Shown piece by piece: positions 54,300 to 61,812 of a stretch of 64,000 nt of DNA (its first letter is position 1; each line of letters opens with the position of its first letter). The translations under genes were made by a program, and so were the position numbers. The notes under the pieces were generated by a model. The model had not been told where the DNA came from and searched no databases. It was given only the letters and a program-made list of their open reading frames with translations. The stretch comes from an uncultured Eubacteriales bacterium (lineage in GTDB: Bacteria > Bacillota > Clostridia > TANB77 > CAG-508): the NCBI GenBank assembly GCA_949287075.1, contig CASEEU010000083.1, positions 3,039 through 67,038 of the forward strand, in the 5' to 3' direction.

Positions 54300-55160
54300 A
54301 TGAACTTAAAAGAAAAAATACTGATAAAAAGATTTATTTTAGAAATATTAGGAACAATTTTAGGTGCATTTATCATTGCAGTAGCTGTATCATTATTCTT
54401 ATTGCCAAACAAATTATCCTCTGGAGGAGTAGCTGGAATTGCAACAATCACTTACTATTTGTTTCATATGCCAATGGGAATTAGTATGTTAATCATAAAT
54501 GTCCCATTATTTTTCATGTCTATATTAAAAATTGGAAAAAAATTTTTCATAGAGTCAATTATAGGAACAATTAGTTTATCCATGTTTATTGATATATTAG
54601 ATAAAGTCACACCTCTAACAGAAGATAAATTTTTAGCATGTATCTATGGTGGGATTTTAATGGGAGTAGGTACAGCGATTATTTTAAAATGTAACAGTTC
54701 AACTGGAGGAACAGACCTATTTAGTTATATAGCTAAAATTTATAAACCAACTATGAAAGTAGGGGAAATCATCTTTCTAATTGATATTGTAATTGTTGCC
54801 CTGAACATGATTTTTTTAAGAGAAATAGAAATTGGATTATATTCAGCAATTGCGATTTATTTAATGGGAAAAATTATTGATATTTTATTTGAAGGAATTT
54901 ATTTTACAAAGCTTATTTATATTGTTTCTGATAAATCAGAAGAAATAGCAAAAGAAATTGGAAAGACAATAGGAAGAGGGACAACAGGAATTTATGGAAA
55001 AGGGATGTATACCAATACGGATAAATTAATTTTAATGTGTGCAGTTACTAGAAAAGATGTAGGAAATACGATACAAATCATAAGAAAAATAGATAAAAGA
55101 AGTTTTGTCATTATTACAAATTCAAGAGAAGTATTAGGGTTAGGATTTAAGAATGAATAA
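54300..55160 (+). CDS. YitT-family membrane protein (DUF161/DUF2179)
   Basis: Multi-pass membrane N-terminal part with LPNKLSSGGVAGIA and STGGTD motifs. A soluble C-terminal DUF2179-like domain follows. The start was chosen at MNLKEK. Confidence 0.8.
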   Translation: MNLKEKILIKRFILEILGTILGAFIIAVAVSLFLLPNKLSSGGVAGIATITYYLFHMPMGISMLIINVPLFFMSILKIGKKFFIESIIGTISLSMFIDILDKVTPLTEDKFLACIYGGILMGVGTAIILKCNSSTGGTDLFSYIAKIYKPTMKVGEIIFLIDIVIVALNMIFLREIEIGLYSAIAIYLMGKIIDILFEGIYFTKLIYIVSDKSEEIAKEIGKTIGRGTTGIYGKGMYTNTDKLILMCAVTRKDVGNTIQIIRKIDKRSFVIITNSREVLGLGFKNE

Positions 55161-55286
55161 AAGGGAAAAATGAGTCTGTTACCGAAATCCTTTGAGTTTG
55201 TAATGTTGAGCAATTTGTGATATAATAGCATTATAAAAAGCAAAGAAAGGGATCCACTAAGAATCTAGTGGACAAGGTACAAAAAA

Positions 55287-55490
55287 ATGAAAAACTACAG
55301 TGCTTGGCCGACCGAGCGACTTCAGAAAGAAGAAAAAGATCTCAGACTGGATGGGTATGATGAATACCCAGATATTTGCAAAGCTGATAAAAGTGACAAT
55401 TTGCAAATGATCAGAAGAATGAGAGAAGGACATGCAGAGTGGCTAGCAGTCTGCAGTGAATTACAAGCTCGAAAAAACAGGGAAACTTAA
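55287..55490 (+). CDS. Orphan small protein with foreign codon usage
   Basis: 67 aa. The upstream promoter is TTGTAA, 17 nt spacer, TATAAT with an extended TG (about 55198-55226). A 5' UTR hairpin CCACTA-AGAATC-TAGTGG is present. The sequence is G/C-enriched compared with the flanks. The terminator overlaps the stop codon. The RBS is weak. Confidence 0.45.
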   Translation: MKNYSAWPTERLQKEEKDLRLDGYDEYPDICKADKSDNLQMIRRMREGHAEWLAVCSELQARKNRET

Positions 55491-55510
55491 TCTAAGTTTC
55501 CCTGTTTTAT
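55478..55510 (+). terminator. Rho-independent terminator
   Basis: AACAGGGAAACTTA-ATC-TAAGTTTCCCTGTT followed by TTA. Confidence 0.65.
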
Positions 55511-55569
55511 ATAGAGTAATTTTTTTTAATATGATATAATAAAAAAAATTAGAAACAGAAAGGTGAAAA

Positions 55570-56439
55570 ATGAAAGAACAGCAATATATATTAAAAGAAC
55601 CAAAGACATTTGATTTAAAAGATATATTTGAATGTGGACAATGTTTTCGTTGGAATGAACAAGAAGATGGTAGTTATACAGGTATATGGAAAGAAAATAT
55701 TGTCAATATTAAAAAAGATGGACAAGATTATGTGTTTTCTGGTATGTGTAAAAATGGAAATTTAAAAGAGGAAATATATCATTATTTTGATTTAGCTAGA
55801 AACTATGAACAAATAAAAAAAGAATTATCAAAAAAAGATGAATATATGAGAACAAGTATTGCATATGGTAAAGGAATCAGAATTTTAAATCAAGATCTAT
55901 GGGAAACTATTATATCATTTACCATATCTGCCAATAATAATATACCAAGAATAAAAGGAATTATTGAAAGATTATCAAAAGCATATGGAAAAGAGATAGA
56001 ATGGAAAGGAAAAAAATATTATACATTTCCAACACCAGAAGAACTAAAAGATGTTACAGTAAAAGAATATAGGGATTTAGGATTAGGATTTAGAGATGTA
56101 AGGTTATATGAAACTACAAAAATGATACTAGAAAGAAAGCTAGATTTACAAGAATTAGAGAAAAATCCAAATACAATAGAAGTAAGAGAAAAATTATTGA
56201 CACTTTCAGGAGTAGGACCAAAAGTGGCAGATTGTATATTATTATTTTCTGACTTAAAACGATTAGAAGTATTTCCAATAGATGTATGGGTAAGAAGAGT
56301 CATGAATGATTTATATATCCAAAATGAAGATGAGGCAAAAGTAAGTAAAAAACAAATTGAAAAAATTGCAAAAAATAAATTTGGGAATTTAGCAGGTTTA
56401 GCACAACAATATTTGTTTTATTGGAGAAGAGAAGCATAA
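55570..56439 (+). CDS. ogg: 8-oxoguanine DNA glycosylase / HhH-GPD family base-excision repair enzyme
   Basis: 289 aa. The helix-hairpin-helix is LLTLSGVGPKVADCILLFS, followed by a Pro/Asp region (FPIDVWVRR). Confidence 0.75.
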   Translation: MKEQQYILKEPKTFDLKDIFECGQCFRWNEQEDGSYTGIWKENIVNIKKDGQDYVFSGMCKNGNLKEEIYHYFDLARNYEQIKKELSKKDEYMRTSIAYGKGIRILNQDLWETIISFTISANNNIPRIKGIIERLSKAYGKEIEWKGKKYYTFPTPEELKDVTVKEYRDLGLGFRDVRLYETTKMILERKLDLQELEKNPNTIEVREKLLTLSGVGPKVADCILLFSDLKRLEVFPIDVWVRRVMNDLYIQNEDEAKVSKKQIEKIAKNKFGNLAGLAQQYLFYWRREA

Positions 56440-56445
56440 AATTAA

Positions 56446-56510
56446 TGTCGCATAGAAAAACGAACTCTATGCGACAAAATGTCCCATAGAAAAACGAACC
56501 CAATGGGAGA
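56446..56510. repeat. Two tandem copies of a 31 nt palindromic (REP-like) hairpin motif
   Basis: TGTCGCATAGAAAAACGAACTCTATGCGACA (56446-56476) and TGTCCCATAGAAAAACGAACCCAATGGGAGA (56480-56510). The second copy carries compensatory stem changes (G>C paired with C>G). Confidence 0.7.
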
Positions 56511-56575
56511 TTTTGAACAAAAGAATATTGTAAAATAAAACCATGTATGATAGAATCTGAAACGAGGAGGGAAAA

Positions 56576-57493
56576 ATGATTTATACAATAACATTTAATC
56601 CTGCATTAGATTATATTACACAAGTTAAAAATTTTAAAATTGGTGAAATAAATAGAACAAAAACGGAAACAATATTACCAGGTGGAAAAGGACTAAATGT
56701 TTCTATTGTTTTAAAAAACTTAGGAATTGAAAATACAGCACTTGGTTTTGTGGCAGGTTTTACTGGAGAAGAGTTAATACGTAAAATAGAGTCACAAGGT
56801 GTAAAAACAGATTTTGTTAAAGTAGAAAAAGGGATAACAAGAATAAATATTAAAATAAGTTCTATGAATGAAAATATGATAGAAGAAACAGCTTTAAATG
56901 GAATGGGACCACAGATTACGAATGATGATACGAAAACATTAATGGAGAAAATACAAAATATGACAGCTGAGGATATTGTTATTTTATCAGGAAGTATACC
57001 TCAAAATATAAGTACAGATATATATGATAAAATATGTAAATCACTTAGTGAAAAAGAAATTACTTTTATAGTAGATTCCACACAAGAATTACTAATGAGT
57101 GTATTAAAGTATAACCCTTTTTTAATAAAACCAAATAAAGAAGAACTAGAAGAAACACTAAATTGTAAAATTTCAACAAAAGAAGATATAGTCAATGCGG
57201 CTAAAGAGCTAAAAAAAATGGGAGCACAAAATGTTTTAGTATCTTTAGGAAATGATGGAGCATTATTGCTAACAGAAGAGAACGAGACATATTATTCAAA
57301 AGCGCCTAAAGGAGAAGTGGTAAATACTGTTGGATCAGGAGATTCCATGGTAGCTGGATTTATAGCAGGATATTATCAAACACAAGATTACGAATATGCA
57401 TTGAAGACAGGGGTTGCAGCAGGAAGTGCAAGTGCATTTTCTATACGACTTGCAACGAAAGAGGATGTCAATATACTTTTAAAACAATTATAA
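56576..57493 (+). CDS. fruK: 1-phosphofructokinase
   Basis: 305 aa PfkB family. MIYTITFNPALDY, GGKGLNVS and GSGDSMVAGF motifs. It lies upstream of fruA. Confidence 0.9.
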   Translation: MIYTITFNPALDYITQVKNFKIGEINRTKTETILPGGKGLNVSIVLKNLGIENTALGFVAGFTGEELIRKIESQGVKTDFVKVEKGITRINIKISSMNENMIEETALNGMGPQITNDDTKTLMEKIQNMTAEDIVILSGSIPQNISTDIYDKICKSLSEKEITFIVDSTQELLMSVLKYNPFLIKPNKEELEETLNCKISTKEDIVNAAKELKKMGAQNVLVSLGNDGALLLTEENETYYSKAPKGEVVNTVGSGDSMVAGFIAGYYQTQDYEYALKTGVAAGSASAFSIRLATKEDVNILLKQL

Positions 57494-57516
57494 ATACAAA
57501 AGAAAGGAGTAGAGTA

Positions 57517-59442
57517 ATGAAAATTACAGATTTACTTAGTGAAAAAGCCATTAATCTACAGGGAAAAGCAAATAGTAAAGAAGAAGCAATTATTCAATTA
57601 GTAGACTTAATGGTAGAAAACGAAAATATTAACAATAAGGAGGCTTATAAACAAGCCGTATTAAAAAGAGAAGAAGAAGGAACAACAGGAATTGGTGAAG
57701 GAATTGCTATTCCTCACGGAAAAACAGATGCGGTAGAAAAACCAGGATTGGCTGCTATGATAATTCCAGATGGAGTAGATTTTAAATCATTAGATGGAAG
57801 TCCAGCTAAATTACTATTTTTAATTGCAGCACCAAATACAAAGGATAATGTACATTTGGATGTTTTGAGTAGATTATCTACACTATTAATGGATACAGAA
57901 TTTAGAGAAGCATTATATAATGCAAAATCACCAAGAGAATTTTTGGAATGTATAGATAAAGCTGAAAGTGAAAAGCTAGGAGAAGAAAAAAAATCAAATA
58001 ATCAATATGAAATTTTAGCAATTACGAGTTGTCCAACAGGAATTGCACATACCTATATGGCAGCAGAAGCTTTAGAGCAAATGGGGGAGCAATTAGGACA
58101 TAAAGTGAAAGTAGAGACCCATGGATCATCAGGCGTGAAAAATAAATTCACAAAAGAAGAAATAAATAATGCAAAAGGAATCATTATTGCTTCAGATACG
58201 AAAATTGATTTATCAAGATTTGATGGTAAAAAATTGATAAAAGCAAAAGTAGCAGATGGAATTAATAAACCAAAAGAATTAATTGAAAATGTACTATCCT
58301 CAAACGCAAAAATATATCATTCAGATTCTAAAAATAAATCTGAAGAAAATAATGATGAAGAAAAAGAAAAAATAGGAACAAAAATATATAAACACTTAAT
58401 GAATGGTGTTACACATATGTTACCATTCGTTGTAGGTGGAGGAATTTTAATAGCAATTGCATTTCTATTGGATGATTATTCAATAAACCCTTCAAATTTT
58501 GGTATGAATACACCTATTGCAGCCTTCTTTAAAACAATAGGAAATGCAGCATTTAATGTTATGTTATATATACTAGCAGGTTATATTGCTATGAGTATCG
58601 CAGATAGGCCAGGTTTGGCAGTCGGATTTGTTGGAGGAATTTTGGCAGTACAAGGAACAACATTTGAATCATTAACAAATGGTGATATCACTCTAGTTAG
58701 TTCAGGATTTTTGGGAGCATTAATTGCAGGTTTTGTTGGAGGCTATATTGTTCTAGGTTTGAAAAAATTATGTAGTTATTTACCAGACAGTATAGAAGGG
58801 ATTAAAACAATTCTTTTATACCCTGTATTTGGAATATTGCTTATGGGGACATTTATGTTATTAATTAATCCTTATGTAGCGGCAATCAATACAGGAATTA
58901 ATGATTATTTAGCTTCAATGAGTAATGCAAATAAAATTATATTGGGAGCAATATTAGGCGGAATGATGGCTGTGGATTTAGGAGGTCCTATTAATAAGGC
59001 AGCATATACATTTGGAACAGGAATGTTAGCATCAGGACAATATGAAATTATGGCAGCTGTTATGGCTGGAGGAATGGTTCCACCACTTGCAATTGCATTC
59101 TTAGCAACAGCATTCCCAAGAAAAATTCCTAAAAAAGATAAACAAGCAGCATATGTAAATTATATTATGGGGTTATCTTTTATATCAGAAGGAGCAATTC
59201 CTTTTGCATCAGCCGATCCATTAAGAACAATTCCATCATTTGTTATAGGATCAGCAATTACAGGAGCACTTTCAATGTGGTTTAGTTGTACATTAATGGC
59301 ACCACATGGAGGAATATTTGTAATAGCAACAATTGGACATCCACTAAAATATTTATTAGCAATTGCAGTAGGAGCAATCGTTTCTACATTAATTATGGCA
59401 AAATTAAAAAAGAATTTGCCTGAATATGAAAAACAAGCATAG
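57517..59442 (+). CDS. fruA: PTS fructose-specific transporter, EIIA-EIIB-EIIC fusion
   Basis: 641 aa. EIIA(Fru/Mtl type) is GIGEGIAIPHG. EIIB is ITSCPTGIAHTYMAAEAL. A C-terminal multi-pass EIIC domain follows. Confidence 0.9.
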   Translation: MKITDLLSEKAINLQGKANSKEEAIIQLVDLMVENENINNKEAYKQAVLKREEEGTTGIGEGIAIPHGKTDAVEKPGLAAMIIPDGVDFKSLDGSPAKLLFLIAAPNTKDNVHLDVLSRLSTLLMDTEFREALYNAKSPREFLECIDKAESEKLGEEKKSNNQYEILAITSCPTGIAHTYMAAEALEQMGEQLGHKVKVETHGSSGVKNKFTKEEINNAKGIIIASDTKIDLSRFDGKKLIKAKVADGINKPKELIENVLSSNAKIYHSDSKNKSEENNDEEKEKIGTKIYKHLMNGVTHMLPFVVGGGILIAIAFLLDDYSINPSNFGMNTPIAAFFKTIGNAAFNVMLYILAGYIAMSIADRPGLAVGFVGGILAVQGTTFESLTNGDITLVSSGFLGALIAGFVGGYIVLGLKKLCSYLPDSIEGIKTILLYPVFGILLMGTFMLLINPYVAAINTGINDYLASMSNANKIILGAILGGMMAVDLGGPINKAAYTFGTGMLASGQYEIMAAVMAGGMVPPLAIAFLATAFPRKIPKKDKQAAYVNYIMGLSFISEGAIPFASADPLRTIPSFVIGSAITGALSMWFSCTLMAPHGGIFVIATIGHPLKYLLAIAVGAIVSTLIMAKLKKNLPEYEKQA

Positions 59443-59468
59443 AAAACAACACAAATAAGGAGGAAATT

Positions 59469-59741
59469 ATGGTAAAAAACACAATCATATTAAAAAATGA
59501 AACAGGATTACATGCAAGACCAGCAGGTGAATTGGCAAAACTTGCGGCGTCATTTCAAAGTACAATAAAATTAAATGTTAATGGTAAAACAATTGATGCA
59601 AAGTCTATTTTAGGAATTATGGCGGCAGGAATCAAATATAGTACAGAAATTGAAATAGAATGTGATGGGGAAGATGAAGAAAGAGCTTTATCAGAAATCA
59701 TAAAAGGTTTTGAAAATAATTTTGGTGAAGAACAAAAATAA
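59469..59741 (+). CDS. ptsH: Phosphocarrier protein HPr
   Basis: 90 aa. The His15 region is ETGLHARPA and the Ser46 region is AKSILGIM. Confidence 0.9.
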   Translation: MVKNTIILKNETGLHARPAGELAKLAASFQSTIKLNVNGKTIDAKSILGIMAAGIKYSTEIEIECDGEDEERALSEIIKGFENNFGEEQK

Positions 59742-59752
59742 TAAGATTCTAA

Positions 59753-59946
59753 TTACAGTTTAGTATTTCATTCTGGAGGGAATATATATTATATTTTTCG
59801 CTATCCCAACACTTTACATATTCTAACTAAATCAGCTCCCACGGGACTGTCGCTGATTTAATAAGAATATGTAATGTGTCGGTCCCCACGAAACTCGCTT
59901 AAAATATAATATATATTCCCTCCAGAATTGAAAATCTAAACTGTAA
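59753..59946. repeat. ~194 nt long-hairpin (MITE-like) palindromic element inserted between ptsH and ptsI
   Basis: Termini are TTACAGTTTAG...CTAAACTGTAA. The arms pair along almost their whole length (e.g. ATTCTGGAGGGAATATATATTATATTTT / AAAATATAATATATATTCCCTCCAGAAT and AAATCAGC / GCTGATTT at the centre). Confidence 0.75.
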
Positions 59947-60006
59947 AAATTAAAGGTTTATAGGTTTATCCATAAAATCTAAATACATATATAAGGAATG
60001 GTACAG

Positions 60007-61710
60007 ATGCTAAAAGGAAAAGGAGTTTCAAAAGGTATAGGATTTGGAAATATAATTGTTTTAAAAAAAGTAGAAAGAAAAATAGAAAAAAAAACAATAG
60101 AAAGTGAACAAGTTGAACATGAAGTAGAAAGACTTCATGAAGCATTAAATCAAGTTATCAATGAAACAGAAATACAAATGAAACATATTACTGGAACAGA
60201 AGCAGATATCATGCAAGCATATTTAATGATTATGCAAGATCCTTCATTAATTTCAGAAACAGAAAATGCTATTAAAAATTCAAACTATAATGCAGAATAT
60301 GCTGTAGAAGTTGGATTTAATACAGTGATACAGATTTTTGAAAATATGGATGATGAATATATGGCTTCAAGATCTAGAGATATTCTAGATATAAAGAATA
60401 GAGTATTAGGAAAATTACTAAAGGAAGAAAGTATAGATCTAAGTAATTTAAAAGAAAATACAATTATTGTAGCAACAGAATTAACGACTTCTGAAACTGC
60501 AAAACTAGATTTTAAAAACGTATCAGGGATTATTACAGAGCTTGGAGGAGAAAATTCACATACTTCTATTATGGCAAGAACACATACAATTCCGGCAATT
60601 ACCAAAGTAGAAGAAGCTACCCAAATATTTAAAGATGGTGATAGTGTTGCTATTAATGGTGCATCTGGAGAAATTTATGTGAATCCAACTGAAGAAGAAA
60701 AACAAAAATTATTGGATTTAGAAAAAGAGTTGGAACAAGAAAAATCAGAGTTAGATAAATACAGAAATAAAGAGAGTGTTACAAAAGATGGAACAAAAGT
60801 AAAATTATATGCAAATATTGGACTACCAGCAGATGCTGAAATAGCAGTAAATAATACTGCAGAAGGTGTTGGATTATTAAGAAGTGAATTTTTATATATG
60901 GATAGTGACACAATGCCAACAGAAGAGAGTCAATTTGAAGCATATAAAAAAGTAGCGGAAATCATGAAAGATAAAGAAGCGATTATTAGAACATTAGATG
61001 TTGGAGGAGATAAGGATTTAAAATATTTAAAATTAGAAAAAGAAGCAAATCCATTTTTAGGATATAGAGCTATCAGATTATGTCTAGATAACCCAAAAAT
61101 TTTTAAAACACAACTAAGAGCAATACTAAGAGCTAGTGCATTTGGAAAATTGGCTATCATGTTTCCAATGATATCTTCTATAGAAGAATTAAGATCTGCT
61201 AAAGATGTGTTAGAAGTATGTAAACAAGAATTAGATAATGAAAATATATTATATGACAAAAACATTCAAGTAGGAATTATGATTGAAATTCCATCAGCAG
61301 CCTTAATAGCAGATAAATTAGCTCAAGAATGTGATTTCTTCAGTATAGGAACAAATGATTTAATTCAATATACAGTAGCAGTAGAAAGAGGAAATGAAAA
61401 GATTTCTAAGTTATACACAAAATATCATCCAGCAGTTATCAAATTAATCAAAAAAGCAATTGATGGTGCACATTCAGCAAACATCATTTGTGGAATGTGT
61501 GGAGAAGCAGCAGGAGATTCAACTTTTATACCACTTTTAGTCGGATTAGGATTAGATGAATTTTCAATGAACTCAAACAATATATTAAGAGCCAGAAGAA
61601 CGATTAATAATTTAGATAAAGAAACTTGTGTAAAACTTAGTGAAGAAATTTTACAAATGGCATCTGCAGAAGAAGTAGAAAATAAATTAAAAGCGTTTGT
61701 TAATAATTAA
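60007..61710 (+). CDS. ptsI: Phosphoenolpyruvate-protein phosphotransferase (PTS enzyme I)
   Basis: GGENSHTSIMAR (active-site His), LRSEFLYM, and the GTNDLIQYT and CGE motifs. The ATG at 60007 (MLKGKGVS) is better spaced from AAGGA than the ORF-track start at 59998. Confidence 0.95.
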   Translation: MLKGKGVSKGIGFGNIIVLKKVERKIEKKTIESEQVEHEVERLHEALNQVINETEIQMKHITGTEADIMQAYLMIMQDPSLISETENAIKNSNYNAEYAVEVGFNTVIQIFENMDDEYMASRSRDILDIKNRVLGKLLKEESIDLSNLKENTIIVATELTTSETAKLDFKNVSGIITELGGENSHTSIMARTHTIPAITKVEEATQIFKDGDSVAINGASGEIYVNPTEEEKQKLLDLEKELEQEKSELDKYRNKESVTKDGTKVKLYANIGLPADAEIAVNNTAEGVGLLRSEFLYMDSDTMPTEESQFEAYKKVAEIMKDKEAIIRTLDVGGDKDLKYLKLEKEANPFLGYRAIRLCLDNPKIFKTQLRAILRASAFGKLAIMFPMISSIEELRSAKDVLEVCKQELDNENILYDKNIQVGIMIEIPSAALIADKLAQECDFFSIGTNDLIQYTVAVERGNEKISKLYTKYHPAVIKLIKKAIDGAHSANIICGMCGEAAGDSTFIPLLVGLGLDEFSMNSNNILRARRTINNLDKETCVKLSEEILQMASAEEVENKLKAFVNN

Positions 61711-61741
61711 AATAGCAAGAAAAATCTTGCTATTTTTTTTA
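61711..61741 (+). terminator. Rho-independent terminator after ptsI
   Basis: AATAGCAAGA-AAAA-TCTTGCTATT followed by T7. Confidence 0.75.
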
Positions 61742-61767
61742 TTGTATTATAAAATTTACAAAAGAAA

Positions 61768-61798
61768 TGTCGCATAGAAAAACGAACTCAATGCGACA
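61768..61798. repeat. Third copy of the 31 nt palindromic hairpin motif
   Basis: TGTCGCATAGAAAAACGAACTCAATGCGACA differs from the copy at 56446 at one position. Confidence 0.7.
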
Positions 61799-61812
61799 AA
61801 AAGGAGATTTTT

